From IMG/VR virus record IMGVR_UViG_3300025833_000212, positions 1-53,538 of that record: DNA of 53,538 nucleotides; one strand, given 5' to 3'. The stretch comes from a virus (taxonomy: Duplodnaviria; Caudoviricetes). The position numbers and the translations under genes were made by a program. Positions 27,038 to 35,511 of the stretch are shown here, in pieces (position 1 is the first letter of the stretch; every line of letters starts with the position of its first letter). The notes below the pieces were generated by a model that did not search any database, was not told the DNA's origin, and saw only the letters and a list, made by a program, of their open reading frames with translations.

Positions 27038-30000
27038 ATGAACACGATGACTATGATTTTTGACAAAGCCGCCAATGGCCTGAGCCCATTGGAAAAAATG
27101 AAACTGATTCGCAGCCTGAATATGGTGCGCACCGACATTGCGGCCGTGGGCGCGGGCGCATTGGCCGCCATGAAAAAACTCAAACTGCTCTCGAACCTGA
27201 ATCATATCCGCGTGCAGCTTGGTTCCACCAAGAATTTAGAGCCAAACAAGCCTCTAGCCCCCGTGGATACTGCGCAAGCAGCTACTAATTTAATATCAAG
27301 TGAACAGGAAACAAAAAGTGTTGAAACCAAAGAAACCCCTCAAGCCGTCAAAACAGAAACGCAAGGACAGCCATCACCCGTCGCCGATATTTCAGCCCCA
27401 GACCCGGTAAAGAAATCAGCCAGTAAGCGCCAAAAAGACAACAACGCCGCCATCGATGCGCTGCGCAAGGTCAAGTCCGGTGAGGCTGATGCCAAAGACC
27501 CGGCCATTCGTGAAGCTCTCAAAGGCTACAGCGGCAGCGGCGGCGGCCTGAAGACAGCGCAAGGCACATCGGGCAGCCCGCATGAATACTACACACCCGC
27601 GCCGGTGGCCAAAGCCATGTGGAACATGCTCGACGGGCTTGGTTTTTCCGGTGGCAAGGTGCTTGACCCCAGCTCCGGCATGGGTGTGTTTGCGCGCACC
27701 AAGCCTGACAACGTGGCGATTGAGCAGATTGAACTGGATTCAATTTCAGGAGAGATCAATGGACTACTCAACGACGGCCCCACGGTATCGACCCGCGTGG
27801 CCTCGTTTGAAGAGGTGGCCGCCAGCACCGACGATGAAACCTTTGATGCGGTGGTCACCAATGTGCCGTTTGGCGACAAGGCCATGCGCGGCGCCCACTG
27901 GCGCAAAGACAAAAAGTACCAGAACGCCAACTTGCAGGAATACTTCATCCTGCGCGGCCTGGAGAAAATCAAGCCCAGCGGCTTCGCGGCCTTCATTGTG
28001 CCGCCGTCCGTAGTAGCGGGTAAAGGTGGCAAGGGCGTGGCGCTGCGCAACAACGTGTCGATGGCAGCCGAGTTTGTGGGCGCCTACCGCCTGCCCAACG
28101 TGGTGTTTGATGAAGCCGGGGCAGACACCATTACCGACATCATCATCCTGCGCAAACACAGCAAAGACAACAAGGCCAAGATTGACGAACTAGCCCAGCA
28201 AAATGCCGCGCTGTTGACCCAGACCAATGTGATCTGGCCTGACTTTGTGGAGGGCAACTACTTCAAGCTTGACGGCAAGCGGTTCCAGATTGGTGAATCC
28301 ACGGTAGGCAAGGGCCGCTTTGGTGAGGTCGAGAAGGTGGCATTCACCGGGTCCATCGGCTCCATTGCGGCACTGCTCAAACCGTTCCCCAAAGCCAGCC
28401 GGATTGATTGGGCCATGCTGGGGGCTGTGGAGACGGTGCCCATTGTCTACGCCGAGGGTGACACGGTGTTCTCTGGTGGCGCTATGTTGCAAATGACCGA
28501 GGGCAAGCTGGTGCCGGTCGAGGGCGGTCTGACCAATGACGATGCCGAGGCTGTCAACCTGATGGCTCGGTTCACATCGCCACTGGATGCAATCAACCAA
28601 GGCTTGACCTTCGACGATGCCAGCCGAGCGCTGACCAATGAAGAAACCTGTGGTCGCTTAGGCTCAGTGTCGCGCTGGATTGTGTCGGCTCAACGTGCCG
28701 CCCATGCAGCCGCCAAAAATCAGGGCGAATGGTTTGACGCCATCATGGCTGGCATGGCTGTGCAAGAGTTCGCCCAGTCCGGCAACAAGGAGGCTCTGAA
28801 CTATGCCGCCGACTACCCGGAGCTGAGCAAGGTGCTGGCTCGCGTGCAGGGCTATGCCAGCAAGCGCGCTGGAGTGGGTGGTGAGGTGGTGGCCGAGGCG
28901 CTGCAAAACATTGCCGTGGCACGCAAAAAAGGCGTGTTCACACCCTGGTGGACTGGCAACGTGGCCAAAGATGCCACACTGGTGCTCACGGTCAACCAGT
29001 CGTATGCCAAGATCAAGTTAGAGAGCGAAGATGAAACCGGTTATGTGCCTGCGGCTGAGATGCGCCAGGCCTTTGCTGATTTTGACCCGCTCAACGATGA
29101 CGCCTGGTGCGTGTCGCCGGATGGCTCTGGCGTCATGAGCGCTGACGATTACTATTTTGGCAACTACGCTGAGTTTCTTGCGCGCGCCCAACAGGAGCTG
29201 AGCGAGGCCACTGACCCGGCGATCAAAGAAAAGCTGTTGCGCCAGCACGCCAAGGCATCCGAGCGCATCACCCTGGTGAACCCGTCGCGCATGAAGTTTT
29301 CACTGGAGACTGCGTTTGTGTCAGACGCAGAGAAGGCCGAATTCATCAAGCAGTACGTGTCTGAAAACATTCAGGTGGGCATGGACGCTAATGGCAAGCC
29401 CAAGTTCAGCTACGAGGGCAAGGCGCCCGACAAATATACCTCTGCTGATGAAGTGCGCCGCATCAAGACGCTGCGCCGCTTCGCCATCTACCTCAACAAC
29501 AAGACCATCACCACCGGCAGCGGCGACCGGGCGCTGGACGACCCCAAAGAAGAGCAGGCTTTGCTGGACTCGATCAAGGCCATGGTCAACGCCAGCACGG
29601 CACAGTTTGACGCTTGGTGCAAGTCCAATGAGGACATTGCCAGTGGCATCAGCCGCCGCATAAACGCGCCCGAGAATCTGCGCTTTGTCGAAGTGCCCGA
29701 TTACGCCCCGGTGGACATCCCTAACTGGAACCCGGCCTGGGTGCCACACGGCTACCAGTATGCAGCGGTGCGCCGTTATGCCAAGCGTTTTTCAGGCATT
29801 TTGGCGCTGGACGTTGGGCTTGGCAAGGCGCAACCACTTGATTCAAAAATCCTGACCCCCGATGGATGGAGGCAAATGGGTGACATGCGTGTTGGAGATA
29901 TGGTCATTTCTGTTGACGGCATCGCTGTTCCGGTGACCGGAGTTTTTCCGCAAGGCGAGAAAGAAATATTTGAAGTCGAGTTCAGCGACGGATCAAAAAC

Positions 30001-33000
30001 AAAATGCTGCGATGAACACTTATGGGAAACCCAAACTGAGACAGATCGCAAGAATGAACGCTATGCCAAGCGTAATGGCAATGACCGAGTGATCAATGGT
30101 ACGGTCAAGTCACTGCATGAAATTCGTGAAACACTCATTTACCAAACCCAAAAGAACCACAAAATCCCGATGGTGTCCCCTGTTCAATTCCCCGAACAGG
30201 CTTTGCAAATCCACCCGTATTTGATGGGTGTATTGCTTGGAGATGGGAGTTTGTCACACGGATCGGTGTCATTCACAAAAAACGATGCAGAAATACCAAG
30301 CCGCATTTGCCACTTACTAAAAGATGGGTTTGGAGATGCGGTTGAGTTGCGAAAAATGGCAGTAGGCGAGAGGTGTGATTCATGGAGAATCAGCCGGACA
30401 GCAATCGGTGGGTTAAACCCAGTCAGATCAATGCTTGATGATTTTGGGCTGATGGGAACAAAGTCGGATACGAAGTTCATACCGAAGCAATACCTAATTG
30501 GATCAGTCTCGCAGCGCATTGAATTGCTGCATGGCCTCATGGATACCGATGGGTACGTGAGTAAAGACGGCATGACCGTTCAGTTCTCAAGCACGTCAAA
30601 AATGCTTTCTGATGGTGTTGTTGAGTTGGTGCAGAGCCTTGGTGGAATCGCGTGGACAACCTTCAAAACGCCGACTTTCACCTACAAAAATGAGAAAAAG
30701 GAAGGCAAGTTGGCTTACACGGTATCCATGCGTATGCCAAGCGATATCAATCCGTTTTTACTGGAGAGAAAAGCCAGTTGCGTCAAGGCAAAATCAAAAT
30801 ACATCCCGGTAAGGTATTTCACCGCAGTGCGCGAAGTGGGCAAAGCTCAGGCTCAGTGCATCAGTATTGATCACCCGACACACCTTTATGTGACGGATGA
30901 CTACATCGTCACCCACAACACCCTTACAGCATTGGCCGCAGTGCAATACGCCCAAAGCATTGGCTCCAAAAAGAAAACTGTGTTTGTGGTGCCAAACTCA
31001 GTGTTGACCAACTGGAAAAAAGAGGCCGGCAAGGCGTACCAGGACACCAGCGACTGCTTGTTTGTGGGTCTGCAGGTGGACGACAAGGGCAAAGCCAAAT
31101 ACAGCTCCAAGGCAGCCACGGACGACCTGAACACCATTCGGGAAAACCGCCACAGCAAGATTTTCATGACCTACGAGACACTGACACGTATCCCGCTGCG
31201 CGAAGACACCTTGCAGGCCTACAAGGACTACCTGTTGGCCAATGACGATTCTTTTTCCAAACAGGCCGAAGAGGGCGCTAACGAGAAGACCCGCGACAAA
31301 ATTTCAGCCGAGCAGGCTGTGGCCAATGCGATTGAATCCGGTTCCAAGGCGGGTAACGTGCCTTTTTTTGAGGACATGGGCATTGATTCGATCATCGTGG
31401 AGGAGGCCCACAGTTTCAAGAATTCAAAGAAGGCCAGCAGCGAATTCAAGGCAACCCGCTTTGTCGCCAACCCTGAAAGCTCCAAGCGCGGCATGGACAT
31501 GCAGGCCAAGTGCTGGTACATCCGGGGTATGTCGGGCAGCGGTGACGGGGTGCTGGGGTTAACTGCCACTCCGGTGACTAACTCACCCAGCGAGATTTAC
31601 AGCATGATGGCGCTGACCATTGGCGAAAAAGAAATGAACGCCATGTGCGGCTGCACCGGCACTGACTCGTTCATGATGAACACCTGCGACATTGAAAACC
31701 GCGAAGAAGACGACCTGACCGGCGCACCAAAGAGCCAGCGCACCCTCAAAGGCATTGCCAACCTGGATATTTTGCGCCGGGTGCTGGATTCGGCCGCCAT
31801 GATTGAAACCCCGGAGACAGTGGCCGCCAAGGGCATCATCATCGAAGTGCCAGAGGCCGAAGAAGCCATGTCGAGCGTGGAAATGTCGCCGGTAGACGCC
31901 GCCATTCTCAAAGACATCAAGGACGCCTACTTGGAGGCATCTTCGCTGAAAAAGGCTAGGGTCAAGCTATCCCCCAAAGAGGCCATCATGGCGTCGCCGT
32001 TTAACGCGATTCGTAACATGACCAAGCTGATCACCGACAAGGAACTGTACCAGGGCAAGTTCCTGTTTGGGTTTGACGCCAAAGAGCAAGCCAAAGCCGA
32101 GGCTGTGGTGGCTGCATTCAACAAGCTCAAGATCACCGAGGAATGCAAAGAGTACGAGTTGCCGTTTGGCATCGACACCACGGGCATGAAAGCCAAGATG
32201 GTGACCGACAAGGAGTCCGGCAACGAGGCCATGATTTTCTATGTGCCGGTGCTAGCTTCGATTGAAGACGGCAAGATCGTCCTGCCAGCGGTTGACTACC
32301 AGACACACGACCGCTTCATGACCCTGGTCAACAAGTCCGGCTTGGGCCTGACGGCTAACGCCAGCCCCAAGACGCAGGCGCTGCTGGCCAACCTGCAAAA
32401 GGAAAACGCCAGCCCACGCTGGAAGCCCGCTAAGCAGATCGTTTTTTGCGACGAACTGGCGCTGCACCACAAGCTCAAGTTGTTGATTACGGCTGAAACA
32501 GGCATCCCTAGCGGGAAAATTTGCATCGTCAACGCCAAGTCGGTGTCACCCGATGAAATCCAGAACGTGCAGGACGGCTTCAACGCCAACGAAGATGATA
32601 ACCAGTACCAGATCATCATCGCCAACAAAAAGGCCGAAGTGGGTATCAACCTGCAAAACGGCACACAGGCCATTCACCACCTGACGATTGGCTGGACGCC
32701 TGATAGCATTCACCAGCGCAACGGGCGCGGCGTTCGCCAGGGCAACAAGGTGGAAACCCCCATCATGATCTACCACTACGAGGCCAACGGCACCTTTGAT
32801 GCCTACAAGCGCCGGCTGGTGAGCGTGAAGGGCGACTGGATCAAGAGCCTAATGGACAAGGACGCAGAAAATGTGGCGATTGAAGGCGACTTGTCCGCTG
32901 AAGACTACGCCCGCATGACCTCGCTGGTGGGAGACTCGGACGCCATGGCACAGTTTAATTCGGACATGGCAAAAAAAGCCAAGGCGCAAGTGGCACAGTC

Positions 33001-35062
33001 GGCCAAGATCACCCAGGTCAACTCGCTGTCGGTGGCTATGGGGCAACAAAAGTGGCTCGACAAGTTTGAGAATGACAGCGCCGGGTTCACGGCATGGGTC
33101 AAAGCCAAAGTGGTGGCATCCAGCCTGATTGCTGACGAAATTGAAAAGCTGTACCAGCGCGCGCAAAAGACCGAATCAACCGACGTGGCCAACCGCTGCA
33201 ATGCAAAAATTTCCGAATTGAACACCAAGCGCTTGGCCATTGATGCACTGTACGCAGGCATTGACAATGCCGACAACAAGTGGTTAAACGTAACGGCATC
33301 AAAGTTCCCAGACACGGCAGCCGTAGCCAACTGGACTAAAGACGTGGCCATCAACCGCAAGATGCTCGACGAAGCCAATGCCGCGTGCCTGACCCGTGTT
33401 ACGCATGGCTACAGCAAGGAAACGCTCGACAAGGTGGCGTCCAAAGAGGCGGTTCTGATGGGCGGCAAGATTCTGGCTGCTGGTGACTTTGTGATTGCAG
33501 ACGGCAAGCCGGGTGTTTTGAAAATGATTCAGCAGCGTGGAAGCTCCGGCCTGTCGTTGGTATACCAAGACGATCAAGGTGGACTTGAAATTAGCCAGGT
33601 GGCTGGAATGTCAATCACGATGCACGGGACGCAAGGCAGTGAAGATCGCGCCGAGATTCTTAAAATGCTGGTGAATTTGGATGAAGACCAGATCAAGGCA
33701 AGCAATACCGGTAATCTTTTCGCGTACCAGTCGATGGATGTGCGCAGAGCCCTGCGCAGCGTGATTCCTTCGCGTCAAATAAGCTTTGACGGTCGATTTG
33801 GCCGCGATGAAGATTGCTGGGTGGCTGCACCTCACTTCCCTGTGGTGATGCCGCCAGATGCGGAAGGCCCGTTCTGTGCGCGCATCGTGGCCGAGCAGTC
33901 CAATCTGATAGAGTTCAGTTCCAGCGGCTGGCAGAAGACATTCCGCTTCAAGGATTCGCGCAACCAGGGCGAAGGCAATGGGCGCGAGGCATGGCAGGCT
34001 GTGGCAGGGTGGATGACGGCCAACAGCCAGACCATGACCATGCAGGAAGTGGTGGGGCTTGACAGCACCAACATGTTTCAGACGGATTTAAGAAATGCCT
34101 TTTCGGGCGCGCTGGACGCCATGGTGGCAACCTGCACTAATCTGGCCGAACTGGACGCCGCCATGGTGGCCTGGGCCAGTGCAACCTATCCGTGGGTGGG
34201 TGGGTTTGATGCCAGCATGGTTGAAGCTTTCAATCTGGAGCGCTTTGTTAACAAGGCCAAAGCCGAGCTTGATGATGGGTCGGTGAAATACGACGTGGTC
34301 GTTGACGGCTACAGGTTTAACACTAGTCCACTGCCAGCGTCTACTAGGGCCATACACGCCGCCATTGTGGCCGCGTTCGCAGCCGGAGCGCTGAATGCCG
34401 AGATGGACAAATTAAATGAGAAAGTTGGTGGACGCTATGGTGCCAGCTTGTATGCCGTGACAACTTACGGCAACTCGCCCGAGCTGGTGGCCAGCTACAA
34501 GCAAGTGATTTTGGATGCCATTGGAGGCCAGGAGGATGGCGATCTGATCAACATGGCTGAGTCGCCGTTTGCCGAACTGATGCGGGCTGATTACAAGATG
34601 GGCAAGGGCGCAGTGGTTAAGTTGAACTGGGATTGCCTGAACTCACCAAGCCGCTACATCGACGGGCTGCAAGATGCCATCAACGCCTACGCCATCAAGC
34701 AAAAGCAGGCGGGTATGGGCTTGGATGTGGATGGCCTGCTGGCACAAATCAGCAACGTGGCAGGCGTGGCATCGGCCAAGGTGGGCATGGTCAACCACGC
34801 CAAGGTGCGCGACAAGTACACCGGATCACACCTTTACAAGGCGGGCGAGTACATCCGGCTGCTGCTGCCTCGTGGCGGCGACTTGAATGCGCGCTTTGCC
34901 AATAAGGTAACAGGCTTGCAAGGGCGCGCCTTTGATGATCGAGCCAAAGAGTTTTTGGTGAGCTTAGTGCCAGCCAAATTCAGCGACGGCAAAGATGTTG
35001 CTGATGTGATTGCTCTTGCGCGATACTTGTCCATCGACCCAACACCCTACAAAAAAGGCTGA
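27038..35062 (+). CDS. darB: DarB-like N6-methyltransferase / SF2 (SNF2-like) helicase fusion, intein-containing
   Basis: EYYTP, VLDPSSGMG, VVTNVPF (MTase); ALDVGLGK|T, IIVEEAH, LTATP, QRNGRGVRQGN (helicase). Confidence 0.8.
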   Translation: MNTMTMIFDKAANGLSPLEKMKLIRSLNMVRTDIAAVGAGALAAMKKLKLLSNLNHIRVQLGSTKNLEPNKPLAPVDTAQAATNLISSEQETKSVETKETPQAVKTETQGQPSPVADISAPDPVKKSASKRQKDNNAAIDALRKVKSGEADAKDPAIREALKGYSGSGGGLKTAQGTSGSPHEYYTPAPVAKAMWNMLDGLGFSGGKVLDPSSGMGVFARTKPDNVAIEQIELDSISGEINGLLNDGPTVSTRVASFEEVAASTDDETFDAVVTNVPFGDKAMRGAHWRKDKKYQNANLQEYFILRGLEKIKPSGFAAFIVPPSVVAGKGGKGVALRNNVSMAAEFVGAYRLPNVVFDEAGADTITDIIILRKHSKDNKAKIDELAQQNAALLTQTNVIWPDFVEGNYFKLDGKRFQIGESTVGKGRFGEVEKVAFTGSIGSIAALLKPFPKASRIDWAMLGAVETVPIVYAEGDTVFSGGAMLQMTEGKLVPVEGGLTNDDAEAVNLMARFTSPLDAINQGLTFDDASRALTNEETCGRLGSVSRWIVSAQRAAHAAAKNQGEWFDAIMAGMAVQEFAQSGNKEALNYAADYPELSKVLARVQGYASKRAGVGGEVVAEALQNIAVARKKGVFTPWWTGNVAKDATLVLTVNQSYAKIKLESEDETGYVPAAEMRQAFADFDPLNDDAWCVSPDGSGVMSADDYYFGNYAEFLARAQQELSEATDPAIKEKLLRQHAKASERITLVNPSRMKFSLETAFVSDAEKAEFIKQYVSENIQVGMDANGKPKFSYEGKAPDKYTSADEVRRIKTLRRFAIYLNNKTITTGSGDRALDDPKEEQALLDSIKAMVNASTAQFDAWCKSNEDIASGISRRINAPENLRFVEVPDYAPVDIPNWNPAWVPHGYQYAAVRRYAKRFSGILALDVGLGKAQPLDSKILTPDGWRQMGDMRVGDMVISVDGIAVPVTGVFPQGEKEIFEVEFSDGSKTKCCDEHLWETQTETDRKNERYAKRNGNDRVINGTVKSLHEIRETLIYQTQKNHKIPMVSPVQFPEQALQIHPYLMGVLLGDGSLSHGSVSFTKNDAEIPSRICHLLKDGFGDAVELRKMAVGERCDSWRISRTAIGGLNPVRSMLDDFGLMGTKSDTKFIPKQYLIGSVSQRIELLHGLMDTDGYVSKDGMTVQFSSTSKMLSDGVVELVQSLGGIAWTTFKTPTFTYKNEKKEGKLAYTVSMRMPSDINPFLLERKASCVKAKSKYIPVRYFTAVREVGKAQAQCISIDHPTHLYVTDDYIVTHNTLTALAAVQYAQSIGSKKKTVFVVPNSVLTNWKKEAGKAYQDTSDCLFVGLQVDDKGKAKYSSKAATDDLNTIRENRHSKIFMTYETLTRIPLREDTLQAYKDYLLANDDSFSKQAEEGANEKTRDKISAEQAVANAIESGSKAGNVPFFEDMGIDSIIVEEAHSFKNSKKASSEFKATRFVANPESSKRGMDMQAKCWYIRGMSGSGDGVLGLTATPVTNSPSEIYSMMALTIGEKEMNAMCGCTGTDSFMMNTCDIENREEDDLTGAPKSQRTLKGIANLDILRRVLDSAAMIETPETVAAKGIIIEVPEAEEAMSSVEMSPVDAAILKDIKDAYLEASSLKKARVKLSPKEAIMASPFNAIRNMTKLITDKELYQGKFLFGFDAKEQAKAEAVVAAFNKLKITEECKEYELPFGIDTTGMKAKMVTDKESGNEAMIFYVPVLASIEDGKIVLPAVDYQTHDRFMTLVNKSGLGLTANASPKTQALLANLQKENASPRWKPAKQIVFCDELALHHKLKLLITAETGIPSGKICIVNAKSVSPDEIQNVQDGFNANEDDNQYQIIIANKKAEVGINLQNGTQAIHHLTIGWTPDSIHQRNGRGVRQGNKVETPIMIYHYEANGTFDAYKRRLVSVKGDWIKSLMDKDAENVAIEGDLSAEDYARMTSLVGDSDAMAQFNSDMAKKAKAQVAQSAKITQVNSLSVAMGQQKWLDKFENDSAGFTAWVKAKVVASSLIADEIEKLYQRAQKTESTDVANRCNAKISELNTKRLAIDALYAGIDNADNKWLNVTASKFPDTAAVANWTKDVAINRKMLDEANAACLTRVTHGYSKETLDKVASKEAVLMGGKILAAGDFVIADGKPGVLKMIQQRGSSGLSLVYQDDQGGLEISQVAGMSITMHGTQGSEDRAEILKMLVNLDEDQIKASNTGNLFAYQSMDVRRALRSVIPSRQISFDGRFGRDEDCWVAAPHFPVVMPPDAEGPFCARIVAEQSNLIEFSSSGWQKTFRFKDSRNQGEGNGREAWQAVAGWMTANSQTMTMQEVVGLDSTNMFQTDLRNAFSGALDAMVATCTNLAELDAAMVAWASATYPWVGGFDASMVEAFNLERFVNKAKAELDDGSVKYDVVVDGYRFNTSPLPASTRAIHAAIVAAFAAGALNAEMDKLNEKVGGRYGASLYAVTTYGNSPELVASYKQVILDAIGGQEDGDLINMAESPFAELMRADYKMGKGAVVKLNWDCLNSPSRYIDGLQDAINAYAIKQKQAGMGLDVDGLLAQISNVAGVASAKVGMVNHAKVRDKYTGSHLYKAGEYIRLLLPRGGDLNARFANKVTGLQGRAFDDRAKEFLVSLVPAKFSDGKDVADVIALARYLSIDPTPYKKG
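27235..27298 (-). repeat. palindromic element copy D, in-frame within darB
   Basis: reverse complement TGATATTAAATTAGTAGCTGCTTGCGCAGTATCCACGGGGGCTAGAGGCTTGTTTGGCTCTAAA; encodes LEPNKPLAPVDTAQAATNLIS. Confidence 0.7.
29828..30919 (+). mobile_element. class 3 intein with LAGLIDADG homing endonuclease (364 aa) in helicase Walker A
   Basis: GK|AQPLDSKILTPDGW...CCDEHLW...YLMGVLLGDG...LLHGLMDTDG...AQCISI...YIVTHN|T; lower GC than flanks. Confidence 0.9.
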
Positions 35063-35068
35063 GCCATC

Positions 35069-35452
35069 ATGACCGATGTTTACAAAATCCATCCCGCCTA
35101 TATGGCGGAACGGTTCTCTGATGTGGCCGCCAAGCTGGGTGATAAGCCTATGCTGGCCACGTTTTTGGAATCCACCCGCAAGATCATTGCTGTGCCGGGC
35201 AACTGGCGCCGGTACGGAGTGTATTGGTGGGCACTTAAGGCGGTATTGAAAATGAATGGCCTTGACCTTGGTGGTCAGGATTGCACTTGGTTGCGCGAGG
35301 AATACACCGTCAAAAGCCCCAAAGGCGTGATTGATCAGGAAAGCACGATTCTGGCTGCGTGGATTTTTGCCGAAGAAAACACGTTTAGCCCTGAAGTCGA
35401 GTTTGAAATTGATGATCAGGTGTGGTTGATCGATGACACGGATATGACGTGA
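35069..35452 (+). CDS. hypothetical protein downstream of darB
   Basis: 127-aa ORF, WRRYGVYWWALK motif. Confidence 0.55.
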   Translation: MTDVYKIHPAYMAERFSDVAAKLGDKPMLATFLESTRKIIAVPGNWRRYGVYWWALKAVLKMNGLDLGGQDCTWLREEYTVKSPKGVIDQESTILAAWIFAEENTFSPEVEFEIDDQVWLIDDTDMT

Positions 35453-35454
35453 TA

Positions 35455-35510
35455 GCTATAGTATTTATAGCTTCTTACGCACGTTTGATAAGGGCTAAAG
35501 GCTGATTTGC
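35455..35510 (+). repeat. palindromic element copy B between convergent genes
   Basis: GCTATAGTATTTATAGCTTCTTACGCACGTTTGATAAGGGCTAAAGGCTGATTTGC. Confidence 0.7.
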
Positions 35511-35511
35511 A

